The position numbers and the translations under genes are program-made. Shown here piece by piece: positions 21,776-31,723 of a stretch of DNA of 42,643 nt (its first letter is position 1; each line of letters starts with the position of its first letter). A model generated the notes under the pieces. The model was not told the origin of the DNA, did not search any database, and was given only the letters and a program-made list of their open reading frames with translations. The stretch lies in the UHGV virus genome UHGV-1882081; one strand, written 5' to 3'. Origin of the DNA: a virus.

Positions 21776-22213
21776 TCATTTCAGGCATTGCGTCCTTATG
21801 TATTCCTGCAGGTAGTTAACCTGCGCGGTTATCCTGTCGATTCCACTTCTGAGACGGTAATAATTGAGTTCAGCATCTGCTGTAAGTCTTGGGGTTTCTC
21901 CATTGCCCATGCTGCTGGCTCCGGTCGTTGACTTTGCACAGGTGGCGGCGACTTGCAGGCGCTTACGACCAGCAGAAACATCAGCGCGGAGACTTTCGAT
22001 AGTCGCGTTAGCATCAGCAAGCTCCTTTGTGTATCTGGCGTCAAGTTCTGCTACATCACGTTGACGCTTCTGCATGTCAGCGATGATGGATGTGGCTTTG
22101 TCGCGCTGGGCTTTGTAGGCGATGGCGTTATCCCGGTAATGATTAACAGCCCATGACAGACAGACGATGATGCAGATAACCAGAGCGGAGATAATCGCGG
22201 TTACTCTGCTCAT
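21776..22213 (-). CDS. Rz: spanin inner-membrane subunit Rz (lambda-like)
   Basis: 145-aa [45 protein letters not shown]...; follows R; contains the embedded Rz1 frame. Confidence 0.9.
   Translation of the reverse strand: MSRVTAIISALVICIIVCLSWAVNHYRDNAIAYKAQRDKATSIIADMQKRQRDVAELDARYTKELADANATIESLRADVSAGRKRLQVAATCAKSTTGASSMGNGETPRLTADAELNYYRLRSGIDRITAQVNYLQEYIRTQCLK
21829..21981 (-). CDS. Rz1: spanin outer-membrane lipoprotein Rz1, embedded in the +1 frame of Rz
   Basis: [50 protein letters not shown]; lipobox VSAC; Pro-rich. Confidence 0.75.
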   Translation of the reverse strand: MFLLVVSACKSPPPVQSQRPEPAAWAMEKPQDLQQMLNSIITVSEVESTG

Positions 22214-22686
22214 ACCTCAATCTCTCTGACCGTTCCGCCAGCTTCTTTGAATTTTGCAATCAGGTTGTCAGCCTTATGCTCGAACTGGCCATAACCAGCG
22301 CCCGGCAGTGAAGCCCAGATATTGCTGCAACGGTCGATTGCCTGACGAATATCACCGCGGTCAATCATCGGCAAAGCGCCGCGCTCTTTAATCTGCTGCA
22401 GTGCAACAGCGTCCTGACTTTTGGGGGAGAAGTCTTTCAGGCCAAGCTGCTTGCGGTAGGCGTCCCACCAACGGGAAAGAAGCTGGTAACGTCCGGCGGC
22501 TGTTGATTTGAGTTTTGGGTTTAGCGTGACAAGTTTGCGAGGGTGATCGGAGTAATCAGTGAATAGCTCTCCCCCTACAATGACGTCATAACCATGATTT
22601 CTGGTTTTCTGCCGTCCGTTATCAGTTCCCTCTGACCACGCCAGCATATCGAGGAACGCCTTACGTTGATTATTGATTTCCACCAT
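22210..22686 (-). CDS. R: endolysin R (lambda-type lytic transglycosylase)
   Basis: 158-aa [55 protein letters not shown]... matches lambda R. Confidence 0.95.
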   Translation of the reverse strand: MVEINNQRKAFLDMLAWSEGTDNGRQKTRNHGYDVIVGGELFTDYSDHPRKLVTLNPKLKSTAAGRYQLLSRWWDAYRKQLGLKDFSPKSQDAVALQQIKERGALPMIDRGDIRQAIDRCSNIWASLPGAGYGQFEHKADNLIAKFKEAGGTVREIEV

Positions 22687-22993
22687 CTTCTACTCCGGCT
22701 TTTTTAGCAGCGAAGCGTTTGATAAGCGAACCAATCGAGTCAGTACCGATGTAGCCGATGAACACGCTCGTTATATAAGCGAGATTGCTACTTAGTCCGG
22801 CGAAGTCGAGAAGGTCACGAATGAACCAGGCGATAATGGCGCACATCGTTGCGTCGATTACTGTTTTTGTAAACGCACCGCCATTATATCTGCCGCGAAG
22901 GTACGCCATTGCAAACGCAAGGATTGCCCCGATGCCTTGTTCCTTTGCCGCGAGAATGGCGGCCAACAGGTCATGTTTTTCTGGCATCTTCAT
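22670..22993 (-). CDS. S: holin S (lambda S107/S105 dual start)
   Basis: 107-aa [107 protein letters not shown].. matches lambda S. Confidence 0.95.
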   Translation of the reverse strand: MKMPEKHDLLAAILAAKEQGIGAILAFAMAYLRGRYNGGAFTKTVIDATMCAIIAWFIRDLLDFAGLSSNLAYITSVFIGYIGTDSIGSLIKRFAAKKAGVEDGGNQ

Positions 22994-23398
22994 GTCTTAC
23001 CCCCAATAAGGGGATTTGCTCTATTTAATTAGGAATAAGGTCGATTACTGATAGAACAAATCCAGGCTACTGTGTTTAGTAATCAGATTTGTTCGTGACC
23101 GATATGCACGGGCAAAACGGCAGGAGGTTGTTAGCGCGACCTCCTGCCACCCGCTTTCACGAAGGTCATGTGTAAAAGGCCGCAGCGTAACTATTACTAA
23201 TGAATTCAGGACAGACAGTGGCTACGGCTCAGTTTGGGTTGTGCTGTTGCTGGGCGGCGATGACGCCTGTACGCATTTGGTGATCCGGTTCTGCTTCCGG
23301 TATTCGCTTAATTCAGCACAACGGAAAGAGCACTGGCTAACCAGGCTCGCCGACTCTTCACGATTATCGACTCAATGCTCTTACCTGTTGTGCAGATA

Positions 23399-23457
23399 TA
23401 AAAAATCCCGAAACCGTTATGCAGGCTCTAACTATTACCTGCGAACTGTTTCGGGAT
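23399..23457 (-). terminator. tR' rho-independent terminator
   Basis: Minus-strand long-range stem aatcccgaaac ... gtttcgggatt followed by ttttttat. Confidence 0.8.
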
Positions 23458-23592
23458 TGCATTTTGCAGACCTCTCTGCCTGCGATGGTTGGAGTTCCAG
23501 ACGATACGTCGAAGTGACCAACTAGGCGGAATCGGTAGTAAGCGCCGCCTCTTTTCATCTCACTACCACAACGAGCGAATTAACCCATCGTT
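23399..23592 (-). ncRNA. lambda-type late leader 6S RNA (pR' start to tR')
   Basis: Region reads as the lambda pR'-qut-tR' segment; Q stop to S start is 677 bp, the spacing I remember for lambda; ends computed from promoter and terminator. Confidence 0.7.
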
Positions 23593-23638
23593 GAGTCAAA
23601 TTTACCCAATTTTATTCAATAAGTCAATATCATGCCGT
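23593..23638 (-). promoter_or_regulatory. late promoter pR' with qut (Q-utilisation) site
   Basis: Minus strand TTGACT(-35) ... TAAATT(-10) immediately downstream of Q, as remembered for lambda pR'. Confidence 0.8.
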
Positions 23639-23669
23639 TAATATGTTGCCATCCGTGGCAATCATGCTG

Positions 23670-24293
23670 CTAACGTGTGACCGCATTCAAAATGTTGTCT
23701 GCGATTGACTCTTCTTTGTGGCATTGCACCACCAGAGCGTCATACAGCGGCTTAACAGTGCGTGACCAGGTGGGTTGGGTAAGGTTTGGGATTAGCATCG
23801 TCACAGCGCGATATGCTGCGCTTGCTGGCATCCTTGAATAGCCGACGCCTTTGCATCTTCCGCACTCTTTCTCGACAACTCTCCCCCACAGCTCTGTTTT
23901 GGCAATATCAACCGCACGGCCTGTACCATGGCAATCTCTGCATCTTGCCCCCGGCGTCGCGGCACTACGGCAATAATCCGCATAAGCGAATGTTGCGAGC
24001 ACTTGCAGTACCTTTGCCTTAGTATTTCCTTCAAGCTTTGCCACACCACGGTATTTCCCCGATACCTTGTGTGCAAATTGCATCAGATAGTTGATAGCCT
24101 TTTGTTTGTCGTTCTGGCTGAGTTCGTGCTTACCGCAGAATGCAGCCATACCGAATCCGGCTTGTGATTGCGCCATCCCCATAGCAGCCATCACATCAGT
24201 ACCGGAAAGAGAGTCAGAAGCCGTGGCCCGTGGTGAGTCGCTCATCATCGGCCTTTTTGGCGAATGAAATTTAGCTACGCTTTCGAGTCTCAT
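23670..24293 (-). CDS. Q: late antiterminator Q (lambda-type)
   Basis: 207-aa [92 protein letters not shown]... matches lambda Q. Confidence 0.95.
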
Positions 24294-24955
24294 GCGCCTT
24301 CTCCCTGTACCTGAATCAATGTTAGGTTTCCGCAGAACACTGCGCCGGTATCGATATACATTTGGTTGGCAAACTTGAGTGGTTTCACTGCTGGCGTATG
24401 ACCAAAGATGAACGTGTCCGCGCCTTTGATTTCTTTCACGATCCCGTTTTGTGAGTTGCTGATTCGTTCGCGGTTCCAGATTACCTGCTGATGATCAACT
24501 GGCTTTCCAAACTCGTATTCGTCAAAGGGATAATCGGCGTGGCAGATAACATATTTTTTATCTTTGCTCACCAGTTCGATGATTAACGGAAGTTCATCTG
24601 CTTTATGGGCAAGAGCTTTAGCCAGAATTTCTTTGTCGTAATCGAGATTAAAGAACCAGCCACCGCCATTAAGCAGCCAGTGATTAACGTTTCCACGCTC
24701 TGATAAGCCATCAATCATCATTTGCTCATGGTTTCCACGTACAGCTCTGAACCAGGGGAATGTGATTAATTCCAGGCATTCAACGTTCTCTGCACCACGA
24801 TCAACCAAATCGCCCACCGAGATAAGCAGGTCTTTTTTGTTGTCGAATCCAATCGTATCCAGTTTGTTCATCAGGTTCGTGTAGCATCCGTGCAGATCGC
24901 CAACTACCCAAATATTTCGGTATTTGCTGCCATCAATTTTTTCGTAATAGCGCAT
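24290..24955 (-). CDS. Ser/Thr protein phosphatase (lambda PPase, nin region orf221)
   Basis: From internal Met: [37 protein letters not shown]...; GDLHG and GNHE metallophosphatase motifs; 221 aa. Confidence 0.95.
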
Positions 24956-25139
24956 CTCTTTCACTCCATCCGCGATGAACCATAAGAACGTCGTTGACGA
25001 TGGCGTGCATTTTCCCGTCTTTATCATCAACGTATTTTCTGACCGTACCGCGACTACATTTCAGTCTGCGTGCTACTTCTGTCTGGTTTCCGTATGCTTC
25101 AACAAGCAGGTCTGGAATGGTTTTTACTGAGAACGTCAT
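24933..25139 (-). CDS. ninH: NinH
   Basis: 68-aa [71 protein letters not shown] matches lambda NinH. Confidence 0.9.
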
Positions 25140-25747
25140 GCGGCCTCACTTCTGCTATTTCGCAGGTCTTTGAGTTTCTGTTGGTACTCTGCCTTGATCG
25201 CCTTGCACTCTTCGATAGTCCAGCGATGGCGGTTATGGTTTGATTCGATTTCGTCTACTGCTTCCTGCCCGATTCGGTTAATCAGTTCGACGCGATACGG
25301 AACGAGATTTCCGCTTTTATGCTGGTTGCACACCACGCATTGCTTGTGAATATTGCGTTCATCAAATCGGAGTTGAGGTGCCGAAGCAGTTGTCCGGTAA
25401 TGTCCGGCATCCCACTGAGCAGACGTGAGCGTTCCGCACGAGATACATGGTAAGTCGCGGTCTCTTTCTCTGATGAAGGCGTTTACGGCTTGTTGGGCTT
25501 GTTTAATCCAGTAACTGCGGGGTTTTAAGGCGAGTTTTCGAATCTTAAGTTTATCTTTCTGTTTCTGCTCCTCTCGTCGTCGTTTCTTCTCTGCTGCTTT
25601 TTCCGCTTTTTCGCGTTCTTTGCTTCGTCGCTCGAGTGCTATCTTTGTTCCACACTCTGGAGAGCACCACCACTGATTAGCGAATGCAGGGTGAAACCAT
25701 TCCCGACATTCATTGTTTTTACATCGTCTTCGCGCTGGTTTAGCCAT
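25136..25747 (-). CDS. ninG: NinG (Rap recombination-associated endonuclease)
   Basis: 203-aa [44 protein letters not shown]... matches lambda NinG. Confidence 0.9.
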   Translation of the reverse strand: MAKPARRRCKNNECREWFHPAFANQWWCSPECGTKIALERRSKEREKAEKAAEKKRRREEQKQKDKLKIRKLALKPRSYWIKQAQQAVNAFIRERDRDLPCISCGTLTSAQWDAGHYRTTASAPQLRFDERNIHKQCVVCNQHKSGNLVPYRVELINRIGQEAVDEIESNHNRHRWTIEECKAIKAEYQQKLKDLRNSRSEAA

Positions 25748-25916
25748 CGTCTTCTTCCTCGTACATTGAGCTATTCGGATCGCTCATCAGTTCTGCACAG
25801 CAGTGCTCACACACGTGAACTTCCAGCACATGCAGCTTCTGACCGCAGTTAGCGCACGTTAAAGCTCGCTCGACGCTTTCTTTCTGGTATTGAAGGGTTT
25901 GGGATGGGCTAAGCAT
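25740..25916 (-). CDS. ninF: NinF (58 aa); under the ORF-track length cutoff
   Basis: Manual translation [58 protein letters not shown]; start overlaps upstream stop (TAATG), stop overlaps ninG start. Confidence 0.8.
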   Translation of the reverse strand: MLSPSQTLQYQKESVERALTCANCGQKLHVLEVHVCEHCCAELMSDPNSSMYEEEDDG

Positions 25917-26299
25917 TATTGGATTCTCTGCATCATGAGAAAGACAATCATGGCGGCGCGGAGGGGATTTTCATATGCGACACCAACATTCGGTCCGGCA
26001 TCATCAAACAAGTCCCTTGCGTTGTCTGTAGCGCACGGCATTGAGGGATTGTCTAAAATTATGCTGATGTTGTTTTCAGTGATAATCGGCCATGCGTCTG
26101 CTGGGTTTGCGCATGGGTTAAAGGAACCGCGCTCAACTTCTACTTCAACTGCGTCTCCGTTTACAATGTCTCCCTCAAATGAGACAAACACCATATCGCC
26201 ATTCTCACCTTCTTTGTAATCCGGTGATCCGTTATGAATGGCTTCGAATACCGCCACGTTAATTTCAAAATCACTTAACTGTGAATAATCCATTGTCAT
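25916..26299 (-). CDS. nin-region protein inserted between ninE and ninF (NinX-like by position)
   Basis: 127-aa ORF from [43 protein letters not shown]...; GAGGAA RBS; start overlaps ninE stop (ATGA). Assignment is by position only. Confidence 0.6.
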   Translation of the reverse strand: MTMDYSQLSDFEINVAVFEAIHNGSPDYKEGENGDMVFVSFEGDIVNGDAVEVEVERGSFNPCANPADAWPIITENNISIILDNPSMPCATDNARDLFDDAGPNVGVAYENPLRAAMIVFLMMQRIQ

Positions 26300-26472
26300 T
26301 TCCTCGCACGATGTCTTAGCCACCGGATATCCCACAGGTGAGCCGTGTAGTTGAAGGTTTTTACGTCAGATTCTTTTGGGATTGGCTTGCGTTTATTTCT
26401 GGAGCGTTTCGTTGGAAGGTATTTGCAGTTTTCGCAGATGATGTCGGTGATACTTCGTCGCTGTCGCCTCAT
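26296..26472 (-). CDS. ninE: NinE
   Basis: [58 protein letters not shown] matches lambda NinE; start taken at internal Met of the 78-aa ORF. Confidence 0.85.
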   Translation of the reverse strand: MRRQRRSITDIICENCKYLPTKRSRNKRKPIPKESDVKTFNYTAHLWDIRWLRHRARK

Positions 26473-26909
26473 GCCGCCCTGTCTCCCCATCTCGCTTTCC
26501 ACTCCAGAGCCAGTCGCGCTTCGTCTGACCACTTAACGCCACGCTCTGTACCGAATGCCTGTATAAGCTCTAATAACTCCGCAAATTCGCTTACACGCAT
26601 CCTGCTGGTTGACTGGCCTATTACCACAAAGCCATTCCCGGTAAGGTTAGGAACAACGTCCTGCTGCTTTAATGCTGCTGTAAAAACGCACTTCCAGCTT
26701 TCTGCATCCAGCCAGCGACCATGCCATTCAACCTGACGAGAGACGTCACCAAGGCAAGCCCAAAGCTTTCGATTCTGGTCTAAGCTGCGGTTGCGTTCCT
26801 GAATGGTTACTACGATTGGTTTGGTTGGGTCTGGAAGGATTTGCTGTACTGCGTGAATAGCGTTTTGCTGATGTGCTGGAGATCGAATTTCAAAGGTTAG
26901 TTTTTTCAT
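26469..26909 (-). CDS. ninB: NinB (recombination protein, orf146)
   Basis: 146-aa [58 protein letters not shown]... matches lambda NinB. Confidence 0.9.
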   Translation of the reverse strand: MKKLTFEIRSPAHQQNAIHAVQQILPDPTKPIVVTIQERNRSLDQNRKLWACLGDVSRQVEWHGRWLDAESWKCVFTAALKQQDVVPNLTGNGFVVIGQSTSRMRVSEFAELLELIQAFGTERGVKWSDEARLALEWKARWGDRAA

Positions 26910-27102
26910 GACTTCCCTCTCTAACAGATTTCAGGTTATTCCACTCCGTTACCGCACTGCGATAATTCGCGGCCGCCACAGCAGCGTGGTTAGCGCAGTA
27001 GATTTGGCACCCGTTCTCCATGTCGAATATTGTCGGTGATTTTCCGCATTTACATTTTTTGGCACGCGGTGCGTCTGAACACATTCCGTTAACGGTGTCC
27101 AT
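26890..27102 (-). CDS. hypothetical small Cys-rich protein between helicase and ninB
   Basis: 70-aa ORF with C-x-C ... C-x4-C-x2-H spacing (CKCGKSPTIFDMENGCQIYCANH). Confidence 0.5.
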   Translation of the reverse strand: MDTVNGMCSDAPRAKKCKCGKSPTIFDMENGCQIYCANHAAVAAANYRSAVTEWNNLKSVREGSHEKTNL

Positions 27103-27183
27103 CAGGATCCCCCTCGTTCTTAATCCAATAAAAAAGGGCTACTGTGTAAATAGCCCCTGTTATTAGCTCAGTGATGTAGATGG

Positions 27184-28552
27184 TCATACGTCCGCCCCTT
27201 GTGCATATCGTCTGCCACGCGCAGCAGGTGCATTTGATGCTGTGCAAATCTGTCTGGCTTCATCCTGGTCACATGCAACAAAGTGTCCGTTACAGAACCG
27301 CTGGTAAACCGTACCAAGTGAGCCAAAACGGTTTTTCGTCACGATGATTTCAGCAAATGGCGCGGCGCTACTGTTCTCGTCATATACAGCTTCCCGATAG
27401 AGCATGATGATTGAGTCTGCGTCCTGTTCAATGCTTCCTGAATCACGCAAATCTGCGTTTGTCGGGCGTTTGTTTGGTCGCTTCTCAACATCGCGCGAAA
27501 GCTGACTCAGGGAGATAACAGGCGTTTTCAGGTCTTTCGCCATCGCCTTCAGGCTTCCGGAGATGTGAGCAATTGCGAGGTCGTTGCGATCTGCTTTCGG
27601 CTTCTCAATCAGGCCAAGATAATCCGCCATGATAAGTGACAGGTTTGGATTTTCCTGTTTATGCCGTTCTGCGATTGAGCGTATTTCTTCGACCGATAAC
27701 CGCGAGGCATCGACTACCCATACATCCAAATCTGCAAGCTGACTCATGCCGTTAGCAACACGCGCCCAGCCTTCGTCATCCATCGATGCAGGATTTCGTA
27801 GCACGCTAACCGACATCCTCCCGGCGTTGGCAATGCTTCGCTCTGCAATCTGCAATGCGCTCATTTCCATTGAGAAAATCAATACTCCGCGCCGGACGTC
27901 AGAACCAGGAATAACGCGGCTTGCAACACCTTCGGCAATCTTCAGCGCCAGCTCGGTTTTCCCCATACCAGGACGAGCAGCGATTATCACCAGGTCTTCT
28001 GCGTTCATCCCTCCGGTGATGGCATCAAGTTCTTCGATTCCGGTCTTCAGGGTATCTGACTCTTCTCCGTTCCTCAGACGCCTGTCAAGCGTGTCAGTGT
28101 AGTCAGTGATGATTTCCCCTAACCGTACAGGTTTAACCTCGTCACGGGGCTTTCTGATGGCTGAAAGACGCTTTACAAGCTCATCCATCGCCTGACTCGA
28201 TGCGTCGATGGTTCCGCTCTGAATTGGTTCACGCATTTCATCCATGATTTCCAGCACCAGACGGCGGTGATAGTTATCCGAGACCATTCCGGCATATCCC
28301 TTCAGGTTTGCGGCGCTCGGGCAGTTTTTGCTGGTCATCAGGATTGACGTGAAATGCTCCTCTCCGCACGCCTCAGCAACCATCAGCGCGTCGATTAGGT
28401 TTCTGTTTCTCGCCTGCTTGCGGATAACCTCGAAGGCTTTCCGGTAGAGCGGAATTGAAAACGCTTCCGGCTCAAGCGTTGCCAGAACGTCACTGGCAGT
28501 TGGTGTTAATCCACCAATCAGCAGGCCACCGATAACGCTCGCTTCGATATCC
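27184..28552 (-). CDS. replicative DnaB-type helicase (P22 gp12-like); 5' end lost in N-run
   Basis: Walker A GMGKTE, Walker [10 protein letters not shown], and DnaB-like motifs [17 protein letters not shown] and IEQDADSII. Confidence 0.85.
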
Positions 28553-28625
28553 NNNNNNNNNNNNNNNNNNNNNNNNNNNNNNNNNNNNNNNNNNNNNNNN
28601 NNNNNNNNNNNNNNNNNNNNNNNNN
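28553..28625. other. run of 73 N (assembly gap or masked sequence)
   Basis: Literal n characters; junction of O-like and helicase genes is unresolved. Confidence 0.95.
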
Positions 28626-29455
28626 CATGCAATCCCCCTGTCTGCAAACTTCCCTTCCCGTACTCCCGTTAACGAGTCTTCCCTCAGCAGGTAATCAAAA
28701 TCAGCCGTCCAGCCCGTGTCGTTGTCTCCGAAGTAAAACGGCTTGGCCTGATGCACAAACGCCCTGACATACGCTCTGAAACCGTCCACATTTGGCGTTT
28801 TCAGTTGCGGGATGATTTTCTTCAGGCGGCGTTTGCGTTTCTCGTTGACCGCAACAGCGTGTGGCAGTCTGTCACCGACTTCGGCGTTGTAGGCGTTCAG
28901 GAAGGATTCGTAGTCGATTCGTTCTGCCTTGCGACGTTCAGGTTTAACCTGCCCATCGCCGCCCCCGTTAGGGGGTAAGGGGGTATTTGTATTTATTGTC
29001 TTTTGTATATTGTCTTTTGTGTTTGACTGATTCGGTAAATTGCTTTTTACCGATTTAGTGAAGGTTTGTTTTACCGAATTGGTAAATGTTTTACCAAATC
29101 CGTTAACTTTCGTTTTCCACTCTGAAATGTTTGTATTCATACCAACTTGACGCCCCACCTGAATGAGAACTCCCATTCTGATAAGCTCGTTTTTGGCGGT
29201 AGAACATTTGGTTGGTGCCATGCCAGTGAGTTCAGCGAACTGTTCGTTTCCGATCCAATCTATTTTTTTGTTGTAACCGTATGTCTTGCGCCACACAGCC
29301 ATAACAATCAGTAACTGATGTAGAGTAAGTCCAGAAAGCATGGCGGCTTCTAACAGTGTGTTTGCAGTCCGAGTGTAGCCATCTTCGAGTTCTGCCACGC
29401 GATGCTCCACGACCTCCAGTTGAGGCCTGTAATCAGCTAACTTAACGACGCCCAT
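28626..29455 (-). CDS. replication initiator (lambda O / P22 gp18-like); 3' end lost in N-run
   Basis: Starts MGVVKLADYRPQLEVVEHRVAELEDGYTRTANTLLEAAMLSGLTLHQLLIVMAVWRKTYGYNK... (phage O N-terminal DNA-binding domain); iteron cluster inside the gene. Confidence 0.8.
28995..29101. repeat. putative replication origin: iteron-like repeats plus AT-rich tract inside the O-like gene
   Basis: 12-bp direct repeat attgtcttttgt x2 (28995-29006, 29009-29020) and four copies or variants of TTTACCGAAT/ATTCGGTAAA (29029-29101). Confidence 0.6.
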
Positions 29456-29603
29456 GTTTCACTCCTGCTTTGGCTAGTCTGTAAACACCAACAAGGCGCT
29501 CTGCGAACGCCCTGTTATTTGCTGCGGCTACCACTAATCCCTCAGGTGAATCAGGGTGTCGAATCTCTTCTTTTTCCTGGTATTTCTTACGACGTTTTGT
29601 CAT
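29442..29603 (-). CDS. possible small basic protein (53 aa) between cII-like gene and O-like gene
   Basis: Manual translation MTKRRKKYQEKEEIRHPDSPEGLVVAAANNRAFAERLVGVYRLAKAGVKHGRR; stop overlaps O-like start. Confidence 0.4.
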   Translation of the reverse strand: MTKRRKKYQEKEEIRHPDSPEGLVVAAANNRAFAERLVGVYRLAKAGVKHGRR

Positions 29604-29635
29604 AATTACTCCTGTGGATTGATCCAGTAATTCCC

Positions 29636-29932
29636 TCAGAATTGCATATCAATTTGCTTAAAATCCTCGGTGGCGGCCGGGGATTTTTTCTTTGTGATTT
29701 CATCAAGCGCATACTTAAAAGCCCTGCTAATCGGACTGATGTCTGATGCCATTCCGAAAGCACACAAGACCGAAGCAATAAATCTCCAGTCCGTTCTGCT
29801 TATCTTCGATTCATGACAGCCAATCATCTTTGCCAGACCGCGCTGGGTAAGCGTTGACAGGTTGATGAGTAAATCAGTTTCAGCGCGATCAATTTCTCGC
29901 TGTGTTGGCTTGCTGTAGCTTGCTTGTGCCAT
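29636..29932 (-). CDS. CII-like transcriptional activator (P22 c1 / lambda cII family)
   Basis: 98-aa ORF; C-terminus KKKSPAATEDFKQIDMQF resembles lambda CII KKRPAATERSEQIQMEF; HTH segment; downstream of cro. Confidence 0.8.
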   Translation of the reverse strand: MAQASYSKPTQREIDRAETDLLINLSTLTQRGLAKMIGCHESKISRTDWRFIASVLCAFGMASDISPISRAFKYALDEITKKKSPAATEDFKQIDMQF

Positions 29933-30047
29933 TTGTTAATTTTCCTATATTGATATTGAGTTATAGCGGCACACCCAATGGATTTGCCGCTGATGTTTGC
30001 TCACCCGGTTAGAGGTGAAAGGCCAGAACTGTTAAAGAGCAATTTGC
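29933..30047 (-). promoter_or_regulatory. nutR region (boxA, boxB) and tR1-like hairpin between cro and cII-like gene
   Basis: Minus-strand boxA TGCTCTTTAACA (30030-30041); boxB hairpin with CTAACC loop (30001-30018); agcggca ... tgccgct hairpin downstream. Confidence 0.55.
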
Positions 30048-30233
30048 TTATGCCGCTTGGCGGTAAGCACTTTCTTGATACTTCAGGGCGCCAGCTGTAA
30101 CGATTTCCAATCGATAGGCGTCTTTCTCTGGGATAACTTCTTTCCACTGAGAGACTGCTGCATCGCTAATGCCTAGTGCTTTAGCAACAGCACGCTGGGT
30201 TCCGAAGTGGTCAATAACATCTTTTTTGTACAT
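30048..30233 (-). CDS. cro: Cro (P22-type)
   Basis: 61-aa ORF MYKKDVIDHFGTQRAVAKALGISDAAVSQWKEVIPEKDAYRLEIVTAGALKYQESAYRQAA matches P22 Cro. Confidence 0.95.
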   Translation of the reverse strand: MYKKDVIDHFGTQRAVAKALGISDAAVSQWKEVIPEKDAYRLEIVTAGALKYQESAYRQAA

Positions 30234-30313
30234 AGACCCGCTCCGAAATTAAAGAACACTTAAATTATCCACCAAAGGAATCTTAAGTCAAGTTTATTTA
30301 AGATGTCTTAACT
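30234..30313. promoter_or_regulatory. OR operators with PR (toward cro) and PRM (toward c2)
   Basis: P22-type operator half-sites (attaaagaacacttaaat, atttaagatgtcttaa); PR on minus strand TTGACT-17-ATAATT. Confidence 0.75.
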
Positions 30314-30964
30314 ATGAATACACAACTGATGGGTGAGCGTATTCGCGCTCGCAGAAAAGAACTCAAGATTAGGCAGGCTGCCCTTGGCAAGATGGTTGGC
30401 GTGTCTAATGTTGCTATTTCCCAATGGGAGCGATCTGAAACTGAGCCCAATGGCGAAAACCTATTGGCCTTAGCCAAGGCTTTGCAGTGCTCCCCTGATT
30501 ACCTGTTGAAAGGAGAGGATAGTCTTTCAAACATTGCCTATCACAGCAGGCATGATCCAAGAGGTTCGTATCCTCTAATTAGTTGGGTAAGCGCAGGATG
30601 TTGGATGGAAGCTGTAGAGCCATATCATAGGCGTGCAATAGATAACTGGTACGACACAACGGTAGATTGTTCTGAAGACTCTTTTTGGCTCGACGTTAAA
30701 GGCGATTCAATGACTGCCCCGGCAGGACTGAGTATTCCTGAGGGGATGATTATTCTCGTCGACCCAGAAGTCGAACCACGTAATGGAAAGCTGGTAGTCG
30801 CCAAACTTGAAGGAGAAAACGAGGCGACATTCAAAAAGTTAGTTATTGATGCCGGTAGAAAATTCCTGAAACCACTCAATCCACAATACCCAATGATTGA
30901 AATCAATGGGAACTGTAAAATCATTGGCGTTGTCGTTGATGCCAAGCTAGCAAACCTTCCTTAA
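30314..30964 (+). CDS. c2: C2 repressor (P22-type immunity repressor)
   Basis: 216-aa ORF MNTQLMGERIRARRKELKIRQAALGKMVGVSNVAISQWERSETEPNGENLLALAKALQCSPDYLLKG... matches P22 C2. Confidence 0.95.
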   Translation: MNTQLMGERIRARRKELKIRQAALGKMVGVSNVAISQWERSETEPNGENLLALAKALQCSPDYLLKGEDSLSNIAYHSRHDPRGSYPLISWVSAGCWMEAVEPYHRRAIDNWYDTTVDCSEDSFWLDVKGDSMTAPAGLSIPEGMIILVDPEVEPRNGKLVVAKLEGENEATFKKLVIDAGRKFLKPLNPQYPMIEINGNCKIIGVVVDAKLANLP

Positions 30965-30988
30965 GGGGCTTTCGCCCCTTTTTTTTAT
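30963..30988 (+). terminator. rho-independent terminator after c2
   Basis: aaggggc-tttc-gcccctt hairpin followed by an 8-T run; overlaps the c2 stop codon. Confidence 0.85.
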
Positions 30989-31019
30989 TTCCCGTTAAAA
31001 ATCAAAGACAAACTAAATT

Positions 31020-31170
31020 CACGCCCATAAGATTAAGTTTTCTTCAAAAATGCACTTGACCAATAAATTAAGAAGTCTTAAATTTAAGCCATCAGCAGGA
31101 CGCTGGAAGCCAAACGGAACAGATTGGCAGGCTCTTTAACATCGACGGACTCTCAACCTAACCGTTGAGA
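31020..31170 (+). promoter_or_regulatory. OL operators, pL promoter and nutL (boxA, boxB)
   Basis: TTGACC (31056-31061) -17 bp- TAAATT (31079-31084) with operator attaagaagtcttaaat overlapping; boxA GCTCTTTAACA (31130-31141); boxB tctcaac-ctaacc-gttgaga (31151-31170). Confidence 0.65.
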
Positions 31171-31280
31171 CCAGAACTTGAGTGGTTTTGGGGATGGCGC
31201 GAATTGCAGCTGCAAGACAGCGCTCGAGAAGATAAGCACCTCGACGCGTCATGCGCCAAAGCCACTTAAAGGAGACCATC

Positions 31281-31586
31281 ATGGTAACCATTGTCTGGAA
31301 AGAATCCAAAGGTACGGCAAAAAGCCGCTACAAAGCTCGCAGAGCAGAACTTATTGCCGAGCGACGCAGTAATGAAGCACTGGCGCGAAAAATTGCGCTA
31401 AAGCTCTCTGGTTGCGTCAGAGCAGACAAAGCAGCATCACTAGGAAGCCTTTTCTGCAAGAAGAAAGAAGAAGTCGTTCGAAAAAATAGAAGTATTTATT
31501 ACAAAGATTCAAACCCGTTAGGAAACAAAATACATGCAGTCCAAAAAATAAAATTGTACAGTAAACTACCGTACGGTGCTTATTGA
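31281..31586 (+). CDS. N-like antiterminator with arginine-rich motif
   Basis: GGAGA RBS; MVTIVWKESKGTAKSRYKARRAELIAERRSNEALARKIALK...; first gene after pL/nutL. Confidence 0.65.
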   Translation: MVTIVWKESKGTAKSRYKARRAELIAERRSNEALARKIALKLSGCVRADKAASLGSLFCKKKEEVVRKNRSIYYKDSNPLGNKIHAVQKIKLYSKLPYGAY

Positions 31587-31723
31587 GTATGCTTATGGTG
31601 AAAAAGACTATTTATGTTAATCCTGACCGCGGACAAAACAGAAAAGTATCTGATAGAGGTCTTACATCTCGAGACAGGAGGAGAATAGCGAGATGGGAAA
31701 AAAGGATAGCATATGCATTAAAA
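31583..31723 (+). CDS. hypothetical protein, N-terminal part (truncated by N-run)
   Basis: ORF MSMLMVKKTIYVNPDRGQNRKVSDRGLTSRDRRRIARWEKRIAYALK... runs into the gap. Confidence 0.35.

Noticed and set aside
23010-23669. Possible toxin or virulence cargo (Stx-like) between Q and S
   Set aside because: The Q-to-S spacing is 677 bp, the value I remember for lambda, and the sequence reads as pR'/6S/tR' with no extra ORF; no insertion is present.
31178-31372. 64-aa plus-strand ORF upstream of the N-like gene
   Set aside because: Lies across the pL leader/nutL boxA-boxB region and overlaps the better-supported N-like ORF in another frame; no RBS.
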